From an uncultured Gemmatimonadaceae bacterium (lineage in GTDB: Bacteria > Gemmatimonadota > Gemmatimonadetes > Gemmatimonadales > Gemmatimonadaceae): 64,000 nt of DNA. Positions 50,898 through 60,761 of the stretch are shown here, piece after piece. The notes beneath the pieces were generated by a model. It saw nothing but the letters and a program-made list of their open reading frames with translations. It ran no database searches and was not told the origin of the DNA. The stretch covers positions 992,001 to 1,056,000 of the forward strand of contig CAVUDW010000002.1 in assembly GCA_963740355.1 (NCBI GenBank). Direction: 5' to 3'. The translations under genes were made by a program, and so were the position numbers. The stretch's first letter is position 1, and the number at the start of each line of letters is the position of its first letter.

Positions 50898-52283
50898 ATG
50901 GCAGAATTTGAAGGCCTGATGGTTTCGGTCTCCGGCATCCGAGGCCGAGTCGGCGCCGGACTGACCCCCGAAGTCGTGGCTACGTACGCGGCAGGATTTG
51001 GGGCCTGGGCGACTGGGCTCAAGCCGGGCCGCCCCATCGTCGTCGGGCGTGACAGTCGCGTCTCGGGCACCATGTTCCATCGCGTCGTGCTCTCGGCGCT
51101 GGAGTCGGTGGGCTGCGATGTGATCGACATTGGCGTCGTGCCGACCCCGACCGTTCAGTTGTCCGTGGAGCATCACCACGCCGCCGGCGGCCTCGCTATC
51201 ACGGCCAGCCACAACCCGGTCGAATGGAATGCGCTCAAGTTCATCGGCTCGTCGGGGCTGTTCCTCGATCAGACCGACAGCCTGAGTTTCCGGGCAGCCA
51301 CAGATAAGGGCTTTAATCGCGCGACCTGGGACAAGCTCGGCTCGACAACACAGGACACCGAAGCCATTCAGCGGCATCTGGCCCTGATTCTCGCTTTAAA
51401 ATACGTCGATGTGCCGGCCCTGCGGGCGCGAAAGCTCAAGGTCGCGCTCGATTGCGTACGCGGCGCTGGCGCCCCGATCATGCTCGCGCTGCTGGACGCG
51501 CTGGGCTGCGAGGTGACCGCCATTCACACCGAAGCCGACGGTCGTTTCCCGCACGCCCCTGAGCCGATTGCCGAAAACCTTGGCGATCTGTCCGAGCTGG
51601 TGAAGCGGACTGGTGCAGACGTCGGGTTGGCCGTCGACCCCGACGTTGACCGGCTCGCCATCGTGGATGAGCACGGTACGCCGATAGGTGAGGACTACAC
51701 GCTGGCGTTCGCCACGGCACTCGTCCTGCGAAAGACGCCGGGTGTAGTTGTGACCAATCTGTCCACGAGCCGTGTAGTGGAAGACGCTGCGGTGGCCGCT
51801 GGCCAGCGCTGTGTCCGTGCGCCGGTTGGTGAGGCCAACGTGGCATCCGCCATGAAGGCCGAAAAGGCTGCGATTGGCGGGGAAGGGAATGGCGGAGTGA
51901 TCCTGCCGGACCTGCACCTGGGTCGCGACGCGCCTGCTGGCGCGGCGCTGGTGCTGCAATTGCTATGTGAAACGGGGAAGACGCCCTCGCAGCTCAAGGC
52001 GGAGGCGCCGCAGTACGAAATTGTGAAGGACAAGCTGGATCGGCCGGATGCCCCACTGGGGGATGTCTACGCCGCGCTGCGATCGGCTTTTCCGGATGCA
52101 GCGGTGGACACGCAGGACGGGTTGCGGTTGTCGTGGCCGGACCGGTGGGTGCATGTGCGCCCGTCGGGCACGGAGCCGATCGTGCGGGTGATCGCCGAAG
52201 CGCCGACGCGCGCCGAGGCGGAAGCCCTGGTGTCGCAGTCGCGTGAACCGCTGGATGAACTCGTGCGCGCCTCTGCGCGCTGA
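50898..52283 (+). CDS. glmM: Phosphoglucosamine mutase / phosphohexomutase
   Basis: SGIRG, TASHNP, DPDVDR, GEGNGG, RPSGTEP; directly upstream of glmS. Confidence 0.88.
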   Translation: MAEFEGLMVSVSGIRGRVGAGLTPEVVATYAAGFGAWATGLKPGRPIVVGRDSRVSGTMFHRVVLSALESVGCDVIDIGVVPTPTVQLSVEHHHAAGGLAITASHNPVEWNALKFIGSSGLFLDQTDSLSFRAATDKGFNRATWDKLGSTTQDTEAIQRHLALILALKYVDVPALRARKLKVALDCVRGAGAPIMLALLDALGCEVTAIHTEADGRFPHAPEPIAENLGDLSELVKRTGADVGLAVDPDVDRLAIVDEHGTPIGEDYTLAFATALVLRKTPGVVVTNLSTSRVVEDAAVAAGQRCVRAPVGEANVASAMKAEKAAIGGEGNGGVILPDLHLGRDAPAGAALVLQLLCETGKTPSQLKAEAPQYEIVKDKLDRPDAPLGDVYAALRSAFPDAAVDTQDGLRLSWPDRWVHVRPSGTEPIVRVIAEAPTRAEAEALVSQSREPLDELVRASAR

Positions 52284-52321
52284 GTGCTGGACTTCAAAGT
52301 TTTTCGGGAAGGATTGAACTC

Positions 52322-54148
52322 ATGTGCGGAATCGTCGGGTACGTTGGCAACAAGGAATCGACCCCACTGCTGTTGGAAGGTTTGCGTCGGCTCGAGTATC
52401 GCGGGTATGACTCGGCGGGTGTCGCGACGATGAATGGCGCGGGCGTGGAAATGCGCCGTGCAGCCGGCAAGATCGCAAAGCTCGAACAGGCCATCGCCGA
52501 GAACCCGACGCACGGATCGGTCGGCATCGCGCATACGCGGTGGGCCACCCACGGTCCACCGACGGAACGCAACGCCCATCCGCACATGGATGAAGCGAAG
52601 ACGATCGCCGTGGTGCACAACGGCATCATCGAGAATTCGCATTCACTGAAGAAGTCGCTCGAAGGTCGCGGACATGTCTTCGCGTCCGATACCGACACCG
52701 AAGTGTTGTCGCACCTGATCGAGGAGCTGTTCGACGGCAGCCTCGAAGACGCAGTGGTGCAGGCACTGAAGCGAGTCGAAGGCACCTACGGCATCGCCGT
52801 GATCTCGAGCCGTGACAAGGACAAGATCGTGGCCGCTCGCAAGGGCAGCCCGCTGTTGATCGGCGTTGGCAAGGATGAATGGTTCGTGGCCAGCGACGTC
52901 TCGGCAATCCTCGCGCACACGCGCGACGTGGTCTATCTCGAGGATGGTGATGTGGCTGTGTTGACGCGCACCGGTTTCCGCGTCATCGACCATTCACAGA
53001 GCACCGTCACGAAGGTGATCAGCAAGATCGACTGGGACATCGACCAGATCGAGCGCGGTGGGTACGCGCACTTCATGCTGAAGGAAATCTTCGAGCAGCC
53101 GGTGACGGTCGAGAACACCATGCGCGGTCGCATGTTGCAGGAAGAGGGCACAGCCAAGCTGGGTGGCCTGAACCTGACCGACGAGCAGCTGCTGAAGATC
53201 GACAACATCATCATCACCGCCTGCGGTACCTCGTGGCACTCGGCCTTGATCGGCGAGCAGTTGCTGGAAGAGTTCGCACGGATTCCGGTGGAAGTGGAAT
53301 ACGCCTCGGAATTCCGCTACAAGAATCCGATCGTCACCGAACGCACATTGTGCATCGTGATCTCGCAGTCGGGTGAGACGGCCGATACGTTGGCCGCCCT
53401 GCGCGAAGCGAAGTCACGTGGCGCGAAGACGCTTGGCCTCGTGAACGTGGTGGGTTCCACGATCGCGCGTGAAGCCGACGGTGGCATCTACCTGCACGCC
53501 GGTCCCGAGATCGGTGTCGCGAGCACCAAGGCCTTCACCAGCCAGGTGATTGCGCTGACGTTGCTGGCGCTCAAGATCGGTCGCCTGCGCACGATGAGCA
53601 TCCTGCAGGGTCGCCAGGTGATCGCTGCGTTGTCGGCCTTGCCGGCGCAGATCACGCAGATCCTCGAGCGCGCCGCGGATGTCGAGGCGGTGGCGGAAGA
53701 GTTCAAGCGCGCCCAGAACTTCTTGTACCTCGGTCGCGGCTACAACTTCCCCAGCGCACTCGAAGGGGCGTTGAAGCTGAAGGAAATCAGCTACATCCAC
53801 GCCGAAGGGTATCCGGCGGCCGAGATGAAGCACGGCCCGATCGCGCTCATCGACGAGATGATGCCGGTGGTGTTCATCGCGCCGCACGATGCCGTGTTCG
53901 ACAAGGTCGTGAGCAACGTGCAGGAAGTGAAGGCACGCAAGGGCACGGTGGTCGCCATCACCACGCGCGATGAGGCATCGCTCGAGGGCCTGGTGGACTA
54001 CGACTTCCGCATCCCTGAGACGCTCGACATGCTGACGCCGATCCTGGCCAGCGTGCCGTTGCAGTTGCTGGCGTACTACATCGCGGTGAAGCGAGGCTGC
54101 AACGTTGACCAGCCGCGCAACCTGGCGAAGAGCGTGACGGTGGAGTGA
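52322..54148 (+). CDS. glmS: Glutamine-fructose-6-phosphate aminotransferase
   Basis: MCGIVG, HTRWATHG, SQSGETAD, PRNLAKSVTVE. Confidence 0.98.
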   Translation: MCGIVGYVGNKESTPLLLEGLRRLEYRGYDSAGVATMNGAGVEMRRAAGKIAKLEQAIAENPTHGSVGIAHTRWATHGPPTERNAHPHMDEAKTIAVVHNGIIENSHSLKKSLEGRGHVFASDTDTEVLSHLIEELFDGSLEDAVVQALKRVEGTYGIAVISSRDKDKIVAARKGSPLLIGVGKDEWFVASDVSAILAHTRDVVYLEDGDVAVLTRTGFRVIDHSQSTVTKVISKIDWDIDQIERGGYAHFMLKEIFEQPVTVENTMRGRMLQEEGTAKLGGLNLTDEQLLKIDNIIITACGTSWHSALIGEQLLEEFARIPVEVEYASEFRYKNPIVTERTLCIVISQSGETADTLAALREAKSRGAKTLGLVNVVGSTIAREADGGIYLHAGPEIGVASTKAFTSQVIALTLLALKIGRLRTMSILQGRQVIAALSALPAQITQILERAADVEAVAEEFKRAQNFLYLGRGYNFPSALEGALKLKEISYIHAEGYPAAEMKHGPIALIDEMMPVVFIAPHDAVFDKVVSNVQEVKARKGTVVAITTRDEASLEGLVDYDFRIPETLDMLTPILASVPLQLLAYYIAVKRGCNVDQPRNLAKSVTVE

Positions 54149-54159
54149 TCCCCGGCGCT

Positions 54160-54213
54160 GGATGAAAGCGAAGCGGGGCGGATCTGGTTTCAGATTCGCC
54201 CCGCTTTTTATCC
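54160..54213 (+). terminator. glmS terminator / palindrome copy 1
   Basis: AAGCGGGGCGGATCTG-gttt-CAGATTCGCCCCGCTT followed by TTT. Confidence 0.8.
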
Positions 54214-54304
54214 ACGATGCTGCTCGCCCGCTTCCGACTCAAGACCGAATGGACCGATCGGCAGCGCGGCGCCGATGCGGGACGCTACGCGTTCACAAAC
54301 GACT

Positions 54305-54727
54305 TCACTGCTGCTGGTCTGAGCGAAACGGGTTCAGCACACGCACGCCGTCAAACACCTGACCGTGCTGCAGATCTTCTGAAAGCACCGTGTCGCACCC
54401 GACGGCGCGTGCAGCTTCGACTATCGCGGCATCCCAATAACTCAATTGCCAACGGGCTGATGCCTCGAGTGCTCGGTGGACGATCCCGATCGTCAGATCC
54501 TGCACTGGGTAGCGCTGCCACGTCGCAATCAATGCAACGGCCTCATCGTGTTGCAATCGTTGCGCGCGTGATGGGCGAGTGGCCTGCACGTAGAATTCCT
54601 GAAGCACTTGCGTCGAGAGCGCCAGATCGTGCGACCGAAGCAGCTCGCGCGCGATCAGCGCTTTCGCGGTCTCGGCGAGGGCGGTGCTGATCGAATACAG
54701 CAGGATGTTCGTGTCAACGAAGCGCAT
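54305..54727 (-). CDS. vapC: PIN domain toxin
   Basis: FVDTNILLY, STQVLQEF, SYWDAAI, SEDL. Confidence 0.93.
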   Translation of the reverse strand: MRFVDTNILLYSISTALAETAKALIARELLRSHDLALSTQVLQEFYVQATRPSRAQRLQHDEAVALIATWQRYPVQDLTIGIVHRALEASARWQLSYWDAAIVEAARAVGCDTVLSEDLQHGQVFDGVRVLNPFRSDQQQ

Positions 54728-54968
54728 CGCGATCGTGCACGTCGTCGCGGCTGAGCCGCGTGGCGGCGGAGTACCCAGCCCCGCGCTCCTGAATCCGCGT
54801 CAGGATGGCCTCCTGCTCCTGCAACAGACGATCGTAGACGCTGCCCTGTGCAGCGATCGTGATCAGATACTCGCGGACAAGTGCGGAGACTGACGTGCGC
54901 GATTCCGCTGCCCTGATCCGGGCAGCGTCGTACACATCGTCTGGCACGGAGACTGTGATATTTGCCAC
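54714..54968 (-). CDS. vapB: RHH-type antitoxin (VapB-like)
   Basis: NITVSVPDD..ARIRAA..TSVSALVREYL; overlaps the vapC start. Confidence 0.85.
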   Translation of the reverse strand: MANITVSVPDDVYDAARIRAAESRTSVSALVREYLITIAAQGSVYDRLLQEQEAILTRIQERGAGYSAATRLSRDDVHDRDALR

Positions 54969-55003
54969 AGTTTCACAGTATCCCTCTTTGGGATTTCTCG
55001 CAA
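54952..55003 (-). promoter_or_regulatory. Sigma70 promoter TTGCGA-N17-TACTGT with ACTGTG/CACAGT operator boxes
   Basis: -10 lies 6 nt before the GTG; boxes at 54952, 54966, 54974. Confidence 0.7.
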
Positions 55004-55027
55004 GGGCCCGACGATTCACTCGGAATC

Positions 55028-55066
55028 GGCAGCGGGGCGGATCTGAGTCAGATCCGCCCCGCTGCC
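55028..55066. repeat. Palindrome copy 2 (probable terminator for the DUF1996 gene)
   Basis: GGCAGCGGGGCGGATCTGA-g-TCAGATCCGCCCCGCTGCC. Confidence 0.85.
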
Positions 55067-55102
55067 ATTCGCCCCATCAGATCACCGCATCGACCGAGCG
55101 CG

Positions 55103-57997
55103 TCAGAACAACTCCGTCCCATCCCCCAGCATGCCCACGAAGCAATCACGCCCCGGGTTCAGGCACTTGGTGACGATCGAGCGGAAGAACGACGGCGTCC
55201 AGCCGTTCATCCAATCGGCATGGGCTGAGTAGCCGCCGCGCGTTGAGGTGCTGTACATGTCCGACGTCAAGCGCCAGTAGTTCGTGTCCATGCCACTGGC
55301 GACCTTCCAGTGGAAGATCTCGCTGATGATCGGCAGCATCACCGGGTGGGTGGACGGACAGGTGGACCGCTGCGGCGGATTGCGATACACCGGATAGGCC
55401 ATGTGGCTCTTGTGATCCGGCGAGTCGAGATTCACGCCGTCCCAGCACTGCGGGAAGCTGATGGTGAGCGTGGCGATGTCGCCGACCGGGCAACTGGCGA
55501 TGGCACCGTTGTTGGTGCGATTCGCGTTCTCACAGCCCCACACCGCCACTTCGAGCTCGTTGATCATCTGCACGCCGCCGACGTTGTTCTTGTTGCCGGC
55601 GATCATCATCAGCCCCGCGGGAATTTCCTTCACGATCGCCGGATCGACGTTGTAGCCGGTCTTGTAGTAGATCGTGGCGAAGTCGGGCGTGATGACCTGG
55701 CTGGTACGGCTGTCGAACAGCGCCGGCACCCAATATCCGGTGCGATTCACCGTGCCACCGATGCAGCTGCCGTTGCCGCTGCTCGCGAGGCTCGCCGCAG
55801 TGGAGTTGGGAGTGATGTCGGTGTTGCCGAAGAACATGTGCAGGTGTGAACTGTTGGCCACGCCTGGATACACGATCGGGTCGAAGAAGCCCATCTTCGA
55901 CATGTTACAGGTCATGCGGAAGCTGCCTTCACCCATCGGCGCGCTGGGGTTTGCACCACTGCGCACGTTGGTGTGATTGATGCCGCCATCGCCAAGCGGA
56001 ATCGAGAGCACGGATGCATTCAGCCCCGACATGCCAGGCGTGACATTCTCGACCTGCTCGAACTGCTGCTCGCCAATTTCACAGCGCACCCAATTGCCAC
56101 TCGGCGTGCCACTGAATCCAGGGCTGTAGCCGCTCGCTGCGCACGGTACGTCACCGTAGAAGGTCTGCGTATAGGTCGCACCGTTGCTGGCCACGAGTCG
56201 CACATCGCGTCGACCGGTGAAGCTGCAGATCGCGCCCGTGTTCGAGCAGAAGGTCCACGTCTGCGGCGGTGCCGCCGTGACGGTCACATTGCGGGTCGCA
56301 GTGACCTGTGTGCCGCTCACGGTCGCGGTGAGCGTCGTGGCAGTGCCGGCCGTCTGGCCTACGAACGACGTGCGATAGCTCGAGTCGGCCGAGTTGAACG
56401 AGACGGTCGAAATGCGACCGGCGCTGGTGCCGCCTGATGCCACGACGCTCACGGAAAGACCGGCGCCCTTCTTGTTGCCGGCGCCATCGCGTGGCGTGAT
56501 GATGATCGAGGCACCGCTGCCGATCGCGATCGAATCGGCGCTGGTGGTGAATGTCGTACTGCTCCCACTGACGGCGCCCGCCACGACGCGAAGGGTGCGT
56601 GTTGTCGAGAGCGTGACGCTGCCGGCGACTGCGCGCGCGGTGAGTGGGGAGCCGACGGTCGCGCCAGTGAAGGTGAGGCGATAGCTCGAGTCACTCGCCT
56701 GATAGGTGCTGCTGCTCATCGCCCCGGCCGCGGTGCCGCCGGTCGCGGTGACAGACACCGTCTGACCGTCGCCCAGCTTGTTGCCCTGCGCGTCTTTCGG
56801 CGTGACGACCAGCTGTACTGTGCCGCCGACGGAAATCGAGTCGGGCGAGACGGTGAACGTGCTGCTGGCCGCGTTGATGGCGCCGGCGGTGATGCGAATC
56901 GGGAAGCTTGCCGCCGACAGGCCCGGCGCGCTGAACTGGATGCGCGCGTTGCCCGCGGACCCTGTGACGGTCAGCGCGGGGAAGCTCACCGTGCCGTCGA
57001 TGCCGGTGCTGATCGGACCGCCGCCAATGAGCGTGACGCCCGTGAGCGCGCCGCCATTGGCTGACGTCAGGCTGGCCGTGACCGGAACGCCGGCCTGCAG
57101 CACGATGCCGCTGTTGGCGTCGCGCAGCGCCACCACTGCCGCCGCCAAGGGCGAGCCGCTGCGAACGGCGATGCCGCCCGTCGTATCGCCCGGGACCGTG
57201 GTGATTGCAACCTTGGTGGCCGGCACCGGCGGGGGGACGGGCGTGAAGACAGTCAGCTTCCGCGTCACGGCGAGCGGGACACCGTTCACCGATGCCACCA
57301 GCGTGAGCGGCGTCCCGCTGGTGGTGCCGGTGATGCTGGCGCGGTAGGTCGAGTCGGCGACGTTGAAGGCGACCGACGAGATCGCGGCAACCGATGTTCC
57401 GCCGCCCAGGACCGCAGTAACTGTTTCGCCGTCTCCAAGGCGGTTACCTGCGTCGTCGAGCAGAGAAAGGACCATCTGGGCCACGCCACCAACCGGGATC
57501 GAATCCGGGAGCAACGTCAAAGCGGAGGCGGTGCCGGATGCTTTCCCGACGCTGAGCTGGATCGGGATGCTGGCGGCAACGAGGGAGCCGCTGGTGAGCA
57601 CGAGGCGGCCGGTTGTCCCGGCCGTTCCCCTGATCACCAAACTGCCGAGCTTGGCTTGGCCGAGTGCGTCGGTCATCACCGAATCGCTGCCGACGATCGA
57701 CGCGCCCACCCACGGGCCGCCCGCGTTCGACTGAAGCGAGGCGCGCACGATGGAGTTCGCGGCCGGCACTGCAGCGCCCGAGGCGTTCACGACCTGGATG
57801 ATGACGGTGCCGAGCGTGTCGCCGCTGGCGACTCGGCGGGGGCCGGAGCTCGTGTCCGGCGGGGTCACGAAGGTCAGAGCCGCCGGAATGACGGCGGGGG
57901 CAGGGCCTTGGTTGACCAGTTTCACCGTCGGTGCGTCAGACTTGCAGCCCAGGACGGCGAGGAGGGCCGTCTGGAGGCAAGTTCGAGCGACACGCAT
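55103..57997 (-). CDS. Large lipoprotein: Ig-like (invasin/filamin-type) repeats, small Cys domain, C-terminal DUF1996
   Basis: Lipobox VLGC; DPIVYPG..SHLHMFFGN, YWVP, FPQCWDGVNLDSPDHKSHMAY, HADW. Confidence 0.85.
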   Translation of the reverse strand: MRVARTCLQTALLAVLGCKSDAPTVKLVNQGPAPAVIPAALTFVTPPDTSSGPRRVASGDTLGTVIIQVVNASGAAVPAANSIVRASLQSNAGGPWVGASIVGSDSVMTDALGQAKLGSLVIRGTAGTTGRLVLTSGSLVAASIPIQLSVGKASGTASALTLLPDSIPVGGVAQMVLSLLDDAGNRLGDGETVTAVLGGGTSVAAISSVAFNVADSTYRASITGTTSGTPLTLVASVNGVPLAVTRKLTVFTPVPPPVPATKVAITTVPGDTTGGIAVRSGSPLAAAVVALRDANSGIVLQAGVPVTASLTSANGGALTGVTLIGGGPISTGIDGTVSFPALTVTGSAGNARIQFSAPGLSAASFPIRITAGAINAASSTFTVSPDSISVGGTVQLVVTPKDAQGNKLGDGQTVSVTATGGTAAGAMSSSTYQASDSSYRLTFTGATVGSPLTARAVAGSVTLSTTRTLRVVAGAVSGSSTTFTTSADSIAIGSGASIIITPRDGAGNKKGAGLSVSVVASGGTSAGRISTVSFNSADSSYRTSFVGQTAGTATTLTATVSGTQVTATRNVTVTAAPPQTWTFCSNTGAICSFTGRRDVRLVASNGATYTQTFYGDVPCAASGYSPGFSGTPSGNWVRCEIGEQQFEQVENVTPGMSGLNASVLSIPLGDGGINHTNVRSGANPSAPMGEGSFRMTCNMSKMGFFDPIVYPGVANSSHLHMFFGNTDITPNSTAASLASSGNGSCIGGTVNRTGYWVPALFDSRTSQVITPDFATIYYKTGYNVDPAIVKEIPAGLMMIAGNKNNVGGVQMINELEVAVWGCENANRTNNGAIASCPVGDIATLTISFPQCWDGVNLDSPDHKSHMAYPVYRNPPQRSTCPSTHPVMLPIISEIFHWKVASGMDTNYWRLTSDMYSTSTRGGYSAHADWMNGWTPSFFRSIVTKCLNPGRDCFVGMLGDGTELF

Positions 57998-58296
57998 CCG
58001 GGAGGATGGCACCGCAACGGCGCGGGGCAAAAGGAGCACGATCGGAATGGCGAAGAGCGAGACGTCGACCTGTTCGATATCGGGACCCCGACGCGTCCGT
58101 CTTCCTCAGACGGCCAGCCCGGAATCTTCTCCCCGCGGGGCTGCAAGGAATGGGCCCGGCCACTCACAAATCGGCCGAGCCGGAATCTCGCACCATTACC
58201 AGCGCCGCAGTAGTCCGCTCCGCGACGACGTCGTGCTTTCCCTTACACGACGCCAGAAATTGCCACTGATAGGATCAGTCCGGCCAGAATTCCGGT

Positions 58297-59718
58297 TCAG
58301 GGAACCGCGGTCACCGGCCCGGCCAGCCGCTGCACCAGCTGCTCCCAGAACGACACCGAGACGTGAAACGCCTCGACTGCGATCCGCTCGTCGCGACCAT
58401 GTGCGCGGGACGGCTCGTTCTGCTCGAACGCGAGTGCGCTCAAGCCGTAGGTCGGGATACCAGCATTACGTGTGAACAGTCCGTCCGTCGCACCGGTGGA
58501 CATCTCCGGGACCACCGGTGCCCCGCCGAAGAATTGCCGCGACAGGGCGTTCATCGCGCCCATCACATCCGGTCGCAACGGCGACGGCGGACTCGGCACC
58601 ACTTCGCGCGTGCGGCTCACTTTCACCTTCGGACCCACGACGCGTTGCAGCACGGCCATCACTGAATCCGCCGGATCATCCGGCAGCATGCGGCAGTTCA
58701 CCAGTGCCGATGCCTTCTGCGGCAGCGCATTGTCGGCATGCCCACCCGCCAGTCGTGTGGCCACGCAGGTCGTGCGCAACACGGAGTTGAAGTACGCATT
58801 CACCGCTGACAACTTCGCGGCGGTGGCCGAGTCCGTCTGGCCGCTCGCGATTGCGCGCATCAGCGGCGCCACTTCCGGCGACTGCATTGCTGCACTTTCG
58901 CGGAAGAACGCCGTCGAGACTTCGTTCAGTCGCACCGGAAAGCTGAACGCACCGAGACGCGACAGCCCGGCCGACAGTTCATAGATCGCATTGTCGGCGC
59001 GCGGCAGCGAACTATGTCCGCCCGGGTTCGTTGTCACGAGGTCGAAATCAGCGTACACCTTTTCGCTCGCCTGCATCGACATGCCAAGCGCCTTGCCGTT
59101 CTCCATCGCCACACCGCCGGCATCGGTGTTGAGCGCGAATTCGGCGTCGAACAGTTCCTTGTGATTCTTGATCAGCCAGCGGATCGAGTTGCCGTCCGTC
59201 TCTTCGTCGGCCGTGAGCACCGCGATCAAGTCGCGCTCCGGCACCCAGCCGGCCCGCTTCCAGCGCACGAAGGTGGCAACGATCGCAGCCAGGCCGGCCT
59301 TGTTGTCTTCCACGCCGCGGCCGTAGTACCAGCCGTCGGCTTCGCCGAAGGTGAAGGGCGGGCGCGACCAATCGCTGGCCAGAGCCGTCACCACGTCCAT
59401 GTGCGCCATCAGCAGCAACGGCTTCCTGTCGGTCGCCTTGCCGCGATAACGCACGACCAGCGCGGTGAGCGTCGGTGATGGTCCCAGCAACTGTACGTCG
59501 CGCGCGGCGAAGCCGGCCGCACGCATCCGCCGCGCAATCGCAAGTCCGATGCGCTGCACACCGAGTGTTCCCGACGAGCTGTTGATGCTCACCAGTTCCG
59601 AAAGAATCGCGCGTTCCTCCGCGCGGTGCGCAGCAGGCTTGGGCTGAGCCTGCGCGAGCAGAACGGAACTGCACACACCCAGCAGTGCCGCCGCGCGGCG
59701 AACGGTCACACGAATCAT
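58297..59718 (-). CDS. Secreted M20/M25/M40 metallo-hydrolase
   Basis: AHMDVV, GRGVEDNK, ADEE, GHSS, GATD, HGRDER. Confidence 0.92.
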   Translation of the reverse strand: MIRVTVRRAAALLGVCSSVLLAQAQPKPAAHRAEERAILSELVSINSSSGTLGVQRIGLAIARRMRAAGFAARDVQLLGPSPTLTALVVRYRGKATDRKPLLLMAHMDVVTALASDWSRPPFTFGEADGWYYGRGVEDNKAGLAAIVATFVRWKRAGWVPERDLIAVLTADEETDGNSIRWLIKNHKELFDAEFALNTDAGGVAMENGKALGMSMQASEKVYADFDLVTTNPGGHSSLPRADNAIYELSAGLSRLGAFSFPVRLNEVSTAFFRESAAMQSPEVAPLMRAIASGQTDSATAAKLSAVNAYFNSVLRTTCVATRLAGGHADNALPQKASALVNCRMLPDDPADSVMAVLQRVVGPKVKVSRTREVVPSPPSPLRPDVMGAMNALSRQFFGGAPVVPEMSTGATDGLFTRNAGIPTYGLSALAFEQNEPSRAHGRDERIAVEAFHVSVSFWEQLVQRLAGPVTAVP

Positions 59719-60632
59719 GAGTTGCGCTTGGCCGCGGAACGAGTGGTGGACGCCTTCTTGGCGGAGTTCTTTGCGACGGCCTTCTTGGTTGCGGACTTCT
59801 TTGCAGCGACCTTCTTTGCAGCGACCTTCGGTGCTGCCTTGGCGTCAGCCGGCGTCGCGGTCTCGATGCTCATCAGTTGCACATCCGCCATGCGACGCAA
59901 CGCGATCGCGCGGTCTTCCTCCGGCACGATCGTTTCCGCGGCTGTCTTCGCGTCGACGAATTCCGGCGGCGTCGACTCGGCGACACGTTCCCAGAGCCTG
60001 ACACCACCCTGGATCGCGTTTTCGTTCGAACCACGGGTGGCGGCATCGGGGAGGTTCACCAGCTTTCGCGCGTTGCCGCCACCCAGCACGATGCCATCAC
60101 AGAGCAGTGCGGCACGGAACAGGTCGCAGACTTTGTGCACGTGCTTCTCCCAGCGCTCGTCGCCGAGCCGGTTCAGCCCAGCCTCGCCGAGATACTCCTC
60201 ATAGCTCTTGCCCTTGCGGTAGGGCAGGTGCGCGATCTCCAGCGGCTCGACACGCCAGTCATCCACGATCGCGGTCCCCAGGCCGGTCCCGAGGCCCAGA
60301 AAGAGCATCCGCCCGCCGGCAAAGCTGCCGAGGGCCTGCATTGCGGCGTCGTTGATGCACTTCACTGGCTTCCCGAACGCTTTCTGGAAGTCGAAGGTCG
60401 TCCAGCCGCCAGCGATGTTGATCGGCTCGCGGAAGGGACGATTGTCCTTCACCGGGCCGGGATACCCAAGCGAGATCGCCTCGTAGTCCCACGTCTTGGT
60501 GAGCGCGAGCACCGCACGCACCATGTCTGCCGCGGTCATCAGCGGACCGGACGGAATGCGATGGGTGACGCGGTCCCACGAGCCGGCAACCTTGATGTGG
60601 GTACCGCCGACATCGATGACCAGAACTCTCAC
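59715..60632 (-). CDS. ROK family, polyphosphate glucokinase-like, with Lys/Ala-rich tail
   Basis: IDVGGTHIK, NDAAMQALG, LGLGTGLG, EIAH, GGGN; no ROK zinc motif. Confidence 0.85.
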   Translation of the reverse strand: MRVLVIDVGGTHIKVAGSWDRVTHRIPSGPLMTAADMVRAVLALTKTWDYEAISLGYPGPVKDNRPFREPINIAGGWTTFDFQKAFGKPVKCINDAAMQALGSFAGGRMLFLGLGTGLGTAIVDDWRVEPLEIAHLPYRKGKSYEEYLGEAGLNRLGDERWEKHVHKVCDLFRAALLCDGIVLGGGNARKLVNLPDAATRGSNENAIQGGVRLWERVAESTPPEFVDAKTAAETIVPEEDRAIALRRMADVQLMSIETATPADAKAAPKVAAKKVAAKKSATKKAVAKNSAKKASTTRSAAKRNS

Positions 60633-60761
60633 GACAGTGCTCTCCGTGCGACAGCAGCGCCGTCGCAGCGTGACGGGAAGACGTCACAGGATGCGGCGAC
60701 TGAGGGGATAGGGTGAGCGGAGTCTGGTGTACGGGCCGCAGACAGTCAACTTTGACGCCAC

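Noticed and set aside
52284..52321. glmS ribozyme
   Set aside because: The glmM-glmS gap is only 38 bp
54149..55100. Tn7 insertion, integron cassette or pdif module
   Set aside because: No TGT...ACA ends or tns genes; the palindromes lack attC RYYYAAC/GTTRRRY cores and XerC/D arm consensus
58000..58296. c-di-GMP or other riboswitch upstream of the DUF1996 gene
   Set aside because: Only short hairpins and an ACTGAT-N3-ATCAGT palindrome; no recognisable aptamer consensus
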